A stretch of DNA of 64,000 bases from Octopus vulgaris (GCA_951406725.2 OX597816.1:124310001-124374000), one strand, 5' to 3'. Counted from the stretch's first letter, positions 51,144 to 64,000 are shown. Translations and numbers: made by a program. Notes: generated from the sequence alone by a model not told the origin.

Positions 51144-51545
51144 TTGTATATATATATAAAATTTATAAGTTTAAATTATTTAAATAATTTTTTATTTTTA
51201 ACTTTTATATTTTAAAATTAATTTTATGTATTGGCTTATGCTTTTCCCTGTTTGATTTGCCTAATAGTGGTTTTATCTCTAATTTAATATAATATAATAT
51301 AATATATTTATACCATAAAATTGGATTTAATCCTAAATCTAATTTTTCCCTGTAAGTTTGGATTTATTCCCTAATATTATATATATACGACGGGCTTCTT
51401 TCAGTTTCCGTCTACCAAATCCACCCACAAGGCTTTGGTCGGCCCGAGGCTATAGTAGAAGACACCCAATGTGCCATCTAGTGGGGATGAACCCGGAACC
51501 ATGTGGTTGGGAAGCAAGCTTCTTACCACACAGCCGCACCTGCGC
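50720..51545 (-). mobile_element. Octopus-type tRNA-SINE split by a ~540-bp insertion
   Basis: Tail 50720-50845 and head 51385-51545 match 28163-28585. Confidence 0.8.
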
Positions 51546-52659
51546 CTGTATATATATAGAAGGAGAGGGAGAAAGAGAGAGAGAGAGAAAGAAAGATATA
51601 GATAGATAAGTAGATAGATAAGATAAGATAGATAGATAGATAGATAGAGAGAGAGAGTGACAGGCCCACATAAGTATAATTAGATACTCTCAGGGGCACA
51701 CAGACTCTGAATAGTATGTCACTTCATTCATAAGCCGTTTCTGCGTGAGGATTCGCCTGTGGTTCCTTTATTGCCCATATTATGATGTATAGCGATACTG
51801 ACATGCTCTTCGCTTATGTCTTAAATGCAAATACTTTGTATGAGTGGCACAATGTCATTTGTGATTGTGAATCGAAAAGACATATGGAGTGGTAGATACA
51901 GTAGAATGCATGGCTAAATGCCTTTCCTATTTCAGTTGTCGTCTTTACATGTGATTTTAAATCTTATTGCAGTCAACTTTTAGCATACTTTAGCGGATGA
52001 TAAATTAAGTACCAAGGCTTAGCCAAGATTGATTCAATTAACGTTACCTTCCTTCTAAAAAACTGTAACTTTTTGCAAATGTAAAATATCTTTATTGAGT
52101 ATGATGTATAAAGTGGTAATAAGATGTGCCATGTTCGATATTTTTGAAGCAAATGTAAATTTGTTATTGCTAAGAAAGGATTCTTGTCAGTGTATTCAAG
52201 ATTTAAATTGTTGCTGGTTAGCTTTAGCTCATCTTTAACTGAGTATGCATGTGATCAAAACTGTTCCAGCCATGACCATTCTGTCGGTTTAAACAGATAC
52301 AGTATATCTGTGATACAATATCCAGAATAGCATTTATCTTTTGGAGAATGTTATATGAAGAATATTTCGCTGCTATATCTAGCAAATTGATTGATCACAT
52401 AGGCACTCCTTTGTTGACTCGAAGGTTGTAGATTTTGTTGGCAATGCCTTTAGTGGTGTATTCTGTTGCGGGAATGCGAGAATATTTGATTTTAATGAAA
52501 ATAGTTATTTGTCCTAGGATTGGTTTGTAACCACTATGGATAAACCATTTTAAAGATGCAAAGGTATAAATATCGCAGTAAGTTATTGTTATTAATATTA
52601 TTAAAAATAAAAGAAATCATAATTATTATTGTTGTTTTTGCTATTATGATGTAGTCCCC

Positions 52660-52870
52660 GACTGCGAGCTTGCTAAATCGTTAGTACGCCGGAAAAAATG
52701 TTTTACAGCATTTCGTCCGTCTTTACGTTCTGGGTTCAAATTTCCACTGAGGTCGACTTTGCCTTTCATCCCTTCGGGGTTGATAAAATAAATACCAGTT
52801 GAACACTGAGGTTGAACTAATAAGACTTGCTTCTCCCCTCAAGGTTTCAGTCTGTATGCCAAAATTTGAA
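52660..52870 (+). mobile_element. Meta-like tRNA-SINE copy
   Basis: Core GACTTTGCCTTTCATCCCTTCGGGGTTGATAAAATAA. Confidence 0.8.
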
Positions 52871-52957
52871 GTCATCATCATTATTAAAAATAAATGAAAT
52901 TATAATTATTGCTGTTGTTGTTGTTGTTGTTGTTGGTATTATTATTGTTATTATTAC

Positions 52958-53034
<77 letters not shown>

Positions 53035-53036
<2 letters not shown>

Positions 53037-55530
53037 TAGTTTTATTTTTATAGCGTGCTTTCACTTCACTACCGAGCGCAGCTCTGTGTGCCTTGGATAT
53101 GTGCTGTGATTTGTTGTGATGCTCTGATGGTTATTGTATGGAAAGTGTTCTGCATAGGATGTGTGCAGTGCCTAGTAGTGCAATTTTCTGTATGTTATAT
53201 GTGTTTGTAAGTCCTGGTGTTTTTGTTATGTATTTGTCTGAATATTTTTTTATCATGCCTAATGCACTTACTATGATAGGAATTGTTTCTGTTTTCAGGT
53301 TCCACATTCTAGTTACCTCTATTTCCAGGTCTTTGTATTTTGAGAGTTTCTCCATTTCTTTTAGAGTCACGTTGTCATCTGCCGGTATTGATACATCAAT
53401 TAGAAAGCATTTTTTTTCTTCATGATCTCTGACAACTATATCTGGTCTGTTGGCCTTAATTTCTCTATCTGTGTGTATCGGCATATCCCAGAGTATGGTT
53501 GCTTTCTCGTTTTCTGTGACCTTTTCTGGTGTGTGCCTATACCATCTTTTTTCTGTTGTTATTCCATAATGTTGGCATAGCTTCCAATGTATGTAGGTTC
53601 CAACTCTGTCATGTCTGTGAATATATTCCTTCTTAGCCAGGACTGGGCAGCTAGAGATAATATGATTTATTGTTTCTTGTCCATCTCCACATATTCTGCA
53701 GTTACTTGTAATATTTCTTTTCATTACATGTTTTTGGTAATTTCTGGTGGGGAGGCTTTGGTCTTGTGCTGCAATTAAAAATCCCTCTGTTTCTGCTTTG
53801 AGTCCTGAGCTTCTCAACCATTGCTGGGATTTTTCTTTGTCTATTTCTTTTGCGTTTAGTTTGGTGCAGTATTTACCATGAAGGGGCTTTTCTTGCCATC
53901 GTTTTATCATGGCTCGTTGCTGTTCTATTTTTAGTTTGGATTTCATTTGTTTTATAGCTTTTGTTGTTTCTTCATCATCTTCTTCTTCTTCTTCTTTGTG
54001 TTTATTAGGTGGTATGATTTCTTGTTTGTATTTGTCAGCTTCCTTAAATACTGAGAACAGTTTTTTGTTTTGCTCGTGTTTTGCTGCTATCTGGATCAGT
54101 TTTCCTTCCTTCTGAAGTAGGTATTTTTGCAGTCCTATGGTGGTTATTTTATAGTAGTTTTCCAGCTGTATAAGGCCTCTACCACCTTCTATACGTTGTA
54201 TATATAGTCTTTCTATGTCAGATTTTGGGTGATGCATCCTAGATCCTGTCAGTATTTTTCTTGTTTTCCTATCTATTTTGGACAGTTCATTTCGTGTCCA
54301 GTTAAGGATATTGTAGCTGTAACTTATAACTGGGACAGCTAAAGTGTTGATACCTATTATCTTGTTTTTAGCATTGAGCTCTGTTTTTAGTATTGATCTA
54401 ACTCGTCTATAATATTCTTTTTTAATTTTCTCTTTCATTTGTGTGTGTTGTGTCTTATCTAGCTCATGGATTCCTAAGTATTTGTAAGTTTGGCTTTGGT
54501 CTAATTCTTTTATTTCATTGGTTTTATCTAGTGTGATGTTGTTACTCTTAACTAGTTTTCCTCTTTTCATGGTTACTTTGGCGCATTTTTCTAATCCAAA
54601 TTTCATATCTATTTCTTTGGTAAATCCATGAACTGTCTTTAATAGTGTTTCCAGCTGTTTGTCATTTGCAGCGTATAGTTTTAAGTCATCCATATATAAA
54701 AGGTGGCTGATCGTCTTGCCGTAACATTTATATCCGCATCCAGTTCTATTTAGCATACCAGATAGAGGTGACAGTGCCAAGCAGAAAAGGAGTGGAGAGA
54801 GCGTGTCTCCCTGGAATATTCCTCTTCGAATGGGGATGTCTTTGGTTTTCATGAGTCCCTCTTTTGTTTGGAGGTGTAGGACTGTTTGCCATTTATTCAT
54901 AGAGTGCTCTATGAATTTTATGATTGTTGGTGCTACTTTGTTAATGGCTAGTGTTTCGGGGGTCCATGTGTGGGGGATGCTATCAAACGCCTTTTTGTAG
55001 TCAATCCAGGCCATACTGAGGCCTTTCTTCTTTCTGTGGCTGTCTTCAGTTACGGCTTTATTAATCATTAGTTGATCTTTACAGCCATATGAGCCCTTGC
55101 GGCATCCTTTCTGCTCTTCTGGGAACAGTTTGTTTTCGTCCAGGTGCTTGTTCAGCCTTTTCGATATCACTGCAGTAAATGCCTTGAACATAGTAGGGAG
55201 GCAGGTTATTGGTCTGTAGTTTTCTGGTTTTGTTGTTTCATTTGATTTGGGAATTAAGATGGTTTTCCCCTTCGTGAGCCATTCAGGCATTGTCTCTGGC
55301 TCTGCTAGTATGCTGTTAAAGTTTTCAGCCAGCTTTTTGTGCATTCCTGTTAGATATTTCAACCAGAAGTTGGGGATCTTGTCATGCCCAGGTGCCTTCC
55401 AGTTGCTTAGTTTTTGCAGTGCCTGGGTGACCTCTTCAGTTGTTATGGGGGTCCAAAGTTGTTCAGATGCCGAGTTTGTTATTTTCATACTCCTTTTTTT
55501 TTGGCTGTTCGTTCGCCGACCATATTTCTC
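53035..55530 (-). mobile_element. R4/Dong-clade non-LTR retrotransposon, 5'-truncated, inserted in (TAA)n
   Basis: Contains the ORF at 53131-55488, a ~95-bp 3' UTR and (ATT)n on both sides. Confidence 0.95.
53131..55488 (-). CDS. RT plus CCHC finger plus restriction-like endonuclease, 785 aa open; start codon probably not native
   Basis: WKAPGHD, NYRPITCL, EQKG, IDYKKAFDS, GIFQGDTLSPLLF, YMDD, YKYLG, CRIC...H....C, RHD and PD...D...K(YKDL). Confidence 0.93.
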   Translation of the reverse strand: MKITNSASEQLWTPITTEEVTQALQKLSNWKAPGHDKIPNFWLKYLTGMHKKLAENFNSILAEPETMPEWLTKGKTILIPKSNETTKPENYRPITCLPTMFKAFTAVISKRLNKHLDENKLFPEEQKGCRKGSYGCKDQLMINKAVTEDSHRKKKGLSMAWIDYKKAFDSIPHTWTPETLAINKVAPTIIKFIEHSMNKWQTVLHLQTKEGLMKTKDIPIRRGIFQGDTLSPLLFCLALSPLSGMLNRTGCGYKCYGKTISHLLYMDDLKLYAANDKQLETLLKTVHGFTKEIDMKFGLEKCAKVTMKRGKLVKSNNITLDKTNEIKELDQSQTYKYLGIHELDKTQHTQMKEKIKKEYYRRVRSILKTELNAKNKIIGINTLAVPVISYSYNILNWTRNELSKIDRKTRKILTGSRMHHPKSDIERLYIQRIEGGRGLIQLENYYKITTIGLQKYLLQKEGKLIQIAAKHEQNKKLFSVFKEADKYKQEIIPPNKHKEEEEEDDEETTKAIKQMKSKLKIEQQRAMIKRWQEKPLHGKYCTKLNAKEIDKEKSQQWLRSSGLKAETEGFLIAAQDQSLPTRNYQKHVMKRNITSNCRICGDGQETINHIISSCPVLAKKEYIHRHDRVGTYIHWKLCQHYGITTEKRWYRHTPEKVTENEKATILWDMPIHTDREIKANRPDIVVRDHEEKKCFLIDVSIPADDNVTLKEMEKLSKYKDLEIEVTRMWNLKTETIPIIVSALGMIKKYSDKYITKTPGLTNTYNIQKIALLGTAHILCRTLSIQ

Positions 55531-55602
<72 letters not shown>

Positions 55603-55603
<1 letters not shown>

Positions 55604-57230
55604 GCTTTAGCACAGCTTCTAATGCTGGAGATGTACTACAGTGTCAGTTGTTCACTACCAGTGAACTCAGGTAGCACCTCTTATTTTTCGAGCACCTTCC
55701 GGAGTATTCGAGCGGTTCCAAGCAGTGCTGTTTTCTGCAGGTGCTCCTCCCTTATTGTAGCCCCTATTTGTTCCATGTACTTTTCGAGATTTTTGCTTAC
55801 TGTTCCCAGGGCTCCGACAATTATTGGTACTACTATTACCGTTTTCATCGACCAAAACTGCTTAACTTCCCAAGCTAATATGACATATCTATCAACTTTT
55901 CTTTCTTCCTTATCACATACCTTGTTGTCAGCTGGGTATGCTATATCTATGATCCAGCATAATTTGTTTTCTTTCTCAATTAAGAATATGTCCGGCTTCC
56001 TATTCTCTATCTCATGGTCACACTGAATCATAAAATCCCTTAAGATCTTTGCATTTCTATTTTCGACGATGCCTTCAGGTTTGTGGTCGTACTAATTTTT
56101 TGCTCTGTCAAGCCCATACTTGTTGCAGAGTGTCCAATGGACAAGCCTGGCTATATTGTCGTAGTATCTCTTATATACCTTGGGCTAGTGGCGTACATTG
56201 GCTGGTAATATGCCATACGGTTTCACCGTTTTGTCCATAGATTCTGCACTTAACACTTTCTGCTGTGTTGTCTATTCTGTATTTTATGTAGTTTGTTTTT
56301 AGTGCTTGCTCTTGGGCAGCACAGATTAGAGCCTCTGTTTCCGGTTTTAAATCACTTTTACTCATCCACAGCCATCTTTTTTCTCTGAATGTCTTATCTT
56401 CAACATCCCTATGAAATTGACCATGCGTACTTTTCTTTACCTACCTATTTTCAGTTTCATTCGTTTTCAATTTGATGTATAGTTCTTCATCTTTGCAATC
56501 ATCCGACACAAACCTGACCTTCTTACTTCTAATAAGAGCGGTTCTGTGGCATTTTTTTACATACCATACTCTGTTGTTTTCTTCTGCTCTAATGTTGTGT
56601 TCGCATAATAAGCCCTCTTCCCCCTCTTTCTCTTGGTACATACAATCTGTCTGTGTCACTTTTTTGGTGGAGTGACCCATATCTAGTTAGCAACTTCCTT
56701 GTCTTTCTGTCTAAGCTGTTTAGTTCGTCTACTGTCTATGCGATTAACCCTGCTCCATATCTAAGGATTGAAACCGCCCAGGTGTTGATAGCTTCAATCT
56801 TATTCCGTCCATTAATTTCATCTTAAGGATCAGTCTCAGACTGCGTAAGTATTCCACCTTAAATTTTTCTGTCATTTCTTTCTCCATCAATTTATCCATT
56901 ACCAAAGTCCCCAAGTACTTATAGCCTGTTTCTTCTATCTGCTTCATAACCTCCCACGACGGTATCGTTAGCCCGTCCATACATTTGATTTTGCCTCTCT
57001 TCAAGACTAATACACCACACTTTCTCAGTCCGAACTCCATTCTGATATCAGCACTGAAGGTATACACCTTATCAACGAGGGAACTGACTTGGGCTTCATC
57101 TTTACCATAAAGTTTGAGGTCATCCATGAATAACAAATGGTTGACATTTTGCCGGTGGCTTTTGAATACATACCCAGCTTTTGCTTTCCTCAGAATCAGT
57201 GTTAGTGGTATCAAGCACAGTACAAAGATC
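55603..57230 (-). pseudogene. Second R4/Dong family copy, decayed, tandem to the previous element
   Basis: NHLLFMDDLKLY, YKYLG, ETEALICAAQEQ, CRIYG..H....C and KPDI...IID, with several frameshifts. Confidence 0.9.
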
Positions 57231-57250
57231 AGTTATTATTGTTATTATTT

Positions 57251-57321
<71 letters not shown>

Positions 57322-57374
57322 ACTATTATTGTTGTTGTTATTGTTGTTGTTGTTGTTGTTATATGGTCCCTTGA

Positions 57375-57585
57375 GCAGTGGCAGAGTCGTTACTGCGTCG
57401 CACAAAATACTTAGTGGCCTTTCTTCTGGCTTTACGTCCTAAGTTCAAATTTCGCCGAGGTCGACTTTGTCATTCATCCTTTCGGGGTCGATAAAAGAAG
57501 TAGCAGTCGAGCACTGGGATCGTTGTAGTAAATTAGCCTCCCGACCCTTGACATTTCAGGCTTTGTGCCTCCAGAAGGATGGATT
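57375..57585 (+). mobile_element. Meta-like tRNA-SINE copy
   Basis: Core TTCATCCTTTCGGGGTCGATAAAA. Confidence 0.75.
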
Positions 57586-58552
57586 ATTATGTAGTCCCTG
57601 TTCAGCCTTGATCGATCATTTGTATGGCATAATAAACCTTTGATCGATCTTCCCAATGATACGATGTCGCTGCCTGGCAAAAACATATGGGTGCTAAATG
57701 AAAGTTTAAACTATTCTTTTCATTTGGTAGCTACCTTTTTTTCTGTCCAGTCTACTCGTAGATTCTGATAGTTGCAACAAATGAGACAATCATGGTAAGC
57801 TGGGACAGAACACGGCACTTTCTGTTCCTTTGCACTTATTGTTGATGGTGTGGATTTCAGAACAATATTTGGGTTCTGTAAGGTTGCTGGTTTTGCTGCT
57901 ATTTCTGTGTGCACCTGGCTGTATTCCTGTCTGAGTTGAATAGAAGATAGTACTTTTAGAATGTTCGGATATTGCTATATGGTATTTCATAGTTTTTGGG
58001 TTGTAATGGCAGCTGTTGTCATTGTAGTAGTCATGAGCTGCTGGTGAATAAAAATTTATTCCTACGACTGTATGTAAAAGTAATTAATAACACGCACGAA
58101 CATTCGGGAGAAGCTTTACTGCACATAGTGTTTTCTGTGTTGGCCCTTTGGCAAAAACTAACAACAACAATTACACACTGGGAGAGACCTACCACTGAGA
58201 TCTACGACAATTATTTATCTTGTGATAATAGCAATCTGTGGTTGGCTCGGAAAATAATTGCGCAATATTCGTGGTGACAAAATGTGTGTCTTCTCACTAC
58301 TAATGGGTGGTGAAAGAGAAAGGAACGACTGTCTCACTATTCTACGAACAGCTGCCTCACATTCTTCGATTACTGCCAAAAACCACCCATATATAGAGAT
58401 CAAAGAGGAAGTTCTAGAAAGTCAAATTATGCGACAGACTGGCGCTGATTGGTCGTTTAATCGACCGATCAAGTGAAACGACAGTGGTCTCATCGTGGTG
58501 TCTGTTCGGCTATTACGTTATTCGATTTCGAATCCGCTACATGATGTTTTGC

Positions 58553-58928
58553 GGATCTTTTCGGTTTGAACGGCAGTTTTTTCTCGCGGTGTCATATGAA
58601 ATTGTCACCCATAATTATGCATTTCAATCTGTTTTAGGGTTAGGGTTAGGGGTGGGGGAAGGGTATCTTTTTTTCTTCAGAAATGTAAATAAACCCAATC
58701 TGTTTCTTAAACGAGGGACATATTCATACGACACAGAATGTTTTCACCTCAATAGACATCACTGATTGGTTGAAATTGCAGAAATTGAAGAAAAAAACTA
58801 TAGAATTTTCTCAATAAAGCCAAGAGAAAAGATGTTTTATAAACACATTCTACCAGTATACGAAGTTTAAAAGTGTTTAGTTACGTGAAAATTATTTTTA
58901 AAAACTGCCGTTCAAACCGAAAAGATCC
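58553..58928. mobile_element. MITE with 28-bp perfect TIRs and 7-bp TSD
   Basis: GGATCTTTTCGGTTTGAACGGCAGTTTT / AAAACTGCCGTTCAAACCGAAAAGATCC. GTTTTGC on both sides. Confidence 0.9.
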
Positions 58929-59343
58929 GTTTTGCTGTAGTGACAGAAGCCCGTGTGGGTTGAAACTTGTTGCAGCAACAAACCCTGACCTTTTGCATCC
59001 CCAGATGTTATTACCATTTTAGTAAATTTTTTTTCCGGTTTGTCGGTGGCTAGTGTAAGTGGTTTGAAGAGTTTGTGAGGATGGGTAGGGTGCTGTTTTG
59101 GGTTCTTTGTAATTAACTGTAGTCTGTTGTTGGAAACTAAGGGTTCATGATGAATTTTATATATTATCTATACATGTTTATTTCTTTTGATCAATTCCGC
59201 TACCTGTGATTACTCAAAGTATGTTTAGGCATCGTTTTGCTCTTTTTGTTGGTTTTGTGCTTCTTCTAAATACGGAGGAGTTGTTTTTAACTGCAAATTC
59301 TTTGTTTTTTCTCTCTCTCACTTTCTCTCTCCCTCTCTATCTA

Positions 59344-59380
<37 letters not shown>

Positions 59381-60429
59381 ATGCATGTATGTATGTGTTT
59401 GCAGTATGATAATGCTTTTAAGGTGACTGATCTAAGGTAGCGTCAAAAGAGTTACGTAGCTAGAAAACGTGTATATTTAGTCTGTGTTTCTGTTTTCAGT
59501 GTGTTTGTTTCGATGGCTGATTTTCGAGCTATGATAGCAGTGTGGGTATATTATTTGAGGTTATATTGTGAGGTGATACAGTTGATTAATCTGTATAATG
59601 TTTTACTGCAAGGATTTTTTTCTTTTCGGATAACTAATATTTGTAAAATTTCTGTTTTTGAAAAATTTGATATTTTATTTGTTTTATTTTAGTTGTTTGA
59701 CGGTAAATTTTATTTCGGTTGTGTAAAGTGTTAATGTATTGTTTGATGTTGTCTCTGGTTTTCATGGAGTTGTCTATGTCTGCCATGTAACTGGGCCTGT
59801 AGTTTTCATATTAACTTGTCAGATGTAGTTTTTAGATGCAATTATAATTATTCAGTTGAATGTAAGTGTCACGAATTGTCTTATGATGTTTGATGCATGC
59901 TGCTGTGCTAGCTGGTTGAGTTAATGAATGAAAATACATTTCTTAGCTGCATGAAGAAGTAAATTAGCAACACCCGCGATCGTTTAACAGAAAAATTTAT
60001 TGTCGCATATAAAGACAAACTGCGTTGCCATTTTACAGTTAACATCAGCAAAAATTACAGACTGACTGGGAGAAAGATATTGCTCCGAGATAACATAAAG
60101 CTATTGGTACGGCAACATGATGTTTAACCAACATATCTAAAAACAACTATGCTATCTTCGTGGCGATGGAAGTTTTTGGTCACCTATCTTAGCTGTCCGT
60201 TTGGGCCATCTTCCTGGGTCATCTAGCTGAACTGTCTGACTGTAAAAATCACGCTGAATGATTTTTATAGGGGACTATAAGCCAAATTCTAGAATGATCG
60301 AGAAAACCCCGTCAACGCCAACGCTTTACGCTGATTGGTCGGTTAATAGACCGATCACATGAAACTATGGTAGTTTCCTCGTGATGTCTGACAGCACACT
60401 TGGGGATTCGGTTTCGAATCAGCGCTATT

Positions 60430-63300
60430 CATGTATTGCTGGGTATTGTTGATTGAAGTGGTATCGAAATTTGAAAACCTTGGTGAAAGTCACTCTTTTG
60501 TACCACTTGGAATCTTGTAGAATTATATTCACTTTCGTCGTTGATATTTGTGTTTGTTATAATAATTGATAGAATATCTGAGAAAATTTGAGGAATTACG
60601 TGCATGAAGTTTGTGTAAAGTAGGTATGAGGAGCAGAACATGATGTCTGATGAAGATTTGTTGTAATTGGCCTGATGTGGTATGTGTGTGTTAGTGAGAA
60701 TTGTTTAGCATGGAGAACTAATTTGTTACAATGATATCACATTACTTTTCTTTGATTGTCTATTTGAACATATAGAAATGTGTGTATTGATGTAGCCTCC
60801 AAACAGTGCTTGTAATCTTAAAGTGCAGTTGTTTGATCAGGGCTAATCTGTCTGGACAACTGATGCGGTTGGTACATATGTTTGTATTGTATTTGAATAC
60901 ATGTGTATTTGTATTATTGTGCTTCTTCTTACAAGATTTTCCCCTTTTCCTGTGTAGTATCGTTTCACATTAGTTTACGAATGCCATTTTTTACATTTAT
61001 TTCCTGAATGCAAGATTTTATATATGTTATAAGACCATATCCATTGTAAAAGCATCTCCCTGAGTATAATTTGGAATGGTGTGCGTTTGATGTTCTGATA
61101 GGAATATTTCTGGAACTATTGCTTCATGAACGGCTTAAGTGATGATAAAATGTTTTAGTGTCCATAAAGGTATTTTGATGGCGTTATTATAGTATTACCG
61201 GATTCCTAGATATTTTGTGTCATGTTTACAAACTTCGTTTTTGTGCATGAAGCTATAATGCTTAAATATATCCTGTGTGGACTTGGCAGGTTGTGAAAGG
61301 TGACAAATGTAGCTCGTGTGTCCCATGTTTTGTTAGTTAGAACGTCTCAATAAATTTTACTTCTTTAGAGGTATTTCTCATGTCATTAGTACTGATGCAT
61401 TTTACAGATTTTTGTGCTGTGTAAAGCGTTTGCTTTTAAATGAACGCTTTGTACAGATCTGTGTGTATTGAACATAGAGAGTAATATTTCCTGTTTCTAT
61501 AGAAATTTTATTTTGAGTATATTTTCTGTCTTATTTATGATTGTTCTTGTCTCGTGTAAGTATTTTCAAAGAGATTGTAGAAGTGCCAGGACCCGTTTTA
61601 TGCAGACGTGTAGCTTCTGTCATTCTCAGTTCATTTGGATGCTCTGAGAGGCATACTTTTGCGTCAAGTGTTTATCGTTCTACCAGCATTGTGGGCTACA
61701 CATCTTGTATCATTTAAGACATATTGTATTCGGTATTTGTCTATTCTGTATTGTTAACCATTTTGAAGAATGCTCGGTATTTTTAAGGTAAATTTAATTG
61801 TAATTTCTTGCAGGTTATATGATCGTATACAGACTTTCTTGTACAAATACTAATTGCAATTCTCCTTGTAGTTGATAATTACTGTATAAGAATTCTACAC
61901 CATTTATCTCAATTTTAAGATTCAGGTGAATATTATAAGATCATGGAAACGTAATCTTTTCTATATTGATTAAATCCATCTTGTGAAAGTTGGAAGAATT
62001 AATCTTATACTCAGAAAACTAATTGTAGAGCATGTATGTTCAATAAGAGAGGTGACCAATGATTGCAAAATCTCAGCCGTCATTGCAAAGCTGGGAGTTT
62101 TAGTTGTGTGTTGTTCATGTTCTGAGAAGGAACGCGAGAGAACGCTTTCGCGGTCTCTGTCCTTTGTCGTTTGACACGAAGTGTTAAGGTTTCATGTAGA
62201 AGAATATCTATTGGCAGCAGATTAGGGAGACATGAAAATTGATATAATCAGCGTAATAGTAGGTGTGTAGGAGTATATATTGGAATAATAGCAGGAGGTA
62301 CCGCCATGTCGATCATTGGTATATAGGGAAAAGAGTGCCGAGAGCAAAATCGAACATTGGGCTAAATCAAGAGGTGTGAGTCAAAAGACGACTCCATCAG
62401 TACACTCCGTGGTGTTATGATCTAATGAAAATTCTTTGTTTCAAGAGACAAGGGTACGAGCCTATAGAAATGACATTTAGTTTGGGAAAATACTTTATAG
62501 AGAGGTCTCATTGCTTTGCTTTCGTCTGGAGCTGCAAAATTATTTCACCTAAATTTCTCCATGGAGGTGAGCTCGCTAGTGAATGTCAAAAGAAGTGGAT
62601 CTCCTTTAGGTCTGGGTCACGGGAGGACATATATTGGGGGGTCGTAAATAAAGAAGAATTCTTGATGCCGGAGAATGTGACTTTTAACAACTATCTCCAA
62701 TACCTTTGAATTGGAGAGCAATAGATTGAAAATTGATGGGATCAGTGAGGTTGCCTATTTTGGGAATGGGACCATAGATCAGGATATACACTGGAGTTTG
62801 AGATGAAGGCTTCCATTATAAATATGTTCATTATACTGACATAGCTGAGAGAGGAGGAGGGGGAAAGGGAGAGGGGGAGTAAGGAGAAAGAGAAAAGAGG
62901 GGCAAGAAAGAGGGGAAGAGGGAGACAAGGAGAAAGAAGGGGAAGAAAGAGGGGGAGGAGAAATGGAAGAGTTTGATGATGATAGGAGTAGTTCTTTGGA
63001 TGTATTATCTGAGTATAATAAGAGGGACTCTATCAGGTTTGGTGACCTTTAGGTTGAAGTGACCGGAGTTTCTACAGCAATTAGTGAGTATGTGAATATG
63101 CGGCAACCAGCCATTAACGTTCCTTTTCACCCTTGTGAACAATAAGCTATAACGTATATTCAGGGAAAGATATTAATATAGTTTGACACTGATTTGACAT
63201 AAGAGGAAAGACTACTGCACTAATTTGGAAATATGATGTAAATGGACAGTAAGTGCAACATAAAAAGAAGGCTGTATACTAACAGTCAAACATATTAGTG
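60430..63300 (-). pseudogene. Highly decayed LINE (I/Jockey-like) RT region; boundaries approximate
   Basis: Minus-strand residues PIPKIGNLTDPINF (about 62750), QCSILLSALFSLY (about 62340, PQGS-like) and YYYADYI (about 62250, YADD-like) occur in the correct order. Confidence 0.5.
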
Positions 63301-64000
63301 ATAAAGGAAGACAGGTTGTAACAGAGCAGCGTTTTAGATGTAGAACTATATTCCAAAGAGAATATGGTTCTACATCCAAGGAAAAGTCTCATGGCTAAGT
63401 TCTTTCTTGAAGTTTCAAGCCTCAAGTTAATTGAAACTGAAGACAATTGAATTAGGGTATTGAACTTTTATTGGGGAAAACTACAACAACAGAACAGAAG
63501 ACAAAAGAAAGTGATGGGACTAGATGTGAAGATACTGGTTTTTCTTGGATGAGATAATGCAGATGACATCATCATCATCATCATCATCATCACTTTCATC
63601 ATCATTTTTGCATTTGCTTTTTCCATGTTGGCATGGTGCTTGCTTAAATACAATGTTCAATACATTCAATTTCACCATAAGCAATGTTACTGAATTTTTG
63701 CATAGCATGAACTCATATGAGTGTATGTATTCTGTTATGTGCTAATTTTAAAAATAAGACTAAACTACTGTATCCTTGATCTGGCTGATCAGAGTTGACT
63801 AGAGCTAGCCAAGAACAAACAAAAAAAAAGTAATTAAATTCACCAGAACAAAAAAAAAAAGCAATTAAATTCACCAGACATATGCCAAGGCCAGTTTAAA
63901 GAACTATACACCTTATCTTCGTATAAAGTTGAGTATTTAGTTTATTTCTCTGGGTTGTGAGGTTGAATTTCACATAAGCTACCTTTATATTTTCTCACAC

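Noticed and set aside
55247-56026. 259-aa plus-strand ORF
   Set aside because: Antisense shadow of two Dong ORFs bridged by (ATT)n.

Overview
AT-rich, microsatellite-dense animal DNA, most likely from an octopus or related cephalopod (inferred from the SINE families, not from a database search). I could not support any host protein-coding gene. Most ORF-track entries are translations of (TA)n, (ATT)n, (CA)n, (TTC)n or (CTA)n tracts. The window is a nested transposon graveyard containing: Penelope-like elements (PLEs) sitting in (TA)n; about 12 R4/Dong-type RLE LINE pieces sitting in (TAA)n, one with an open 785-aa ORF; CR1-group, Tx1/L1-like and I/Jockey-like LINE remnants; several tRNA-SINE families; Helitron/Helentron pieces; Tigger, mariner and hAT relics and MITEs; a Gypsy integrase fragment; and a decayed 5S rRNA copy. 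The strongest signal not explained by the ORF track is a set of hammerhead-ribozyme (HHR) motifs. Two unrelated fold-back PLE units each carry an outward-facing pair of minimal HHRs whose conserved C3-G8 core pair is replaced by a compensatory U3-A8 pair. A third HHR has a canonical core with an 85-nt structured stem II.
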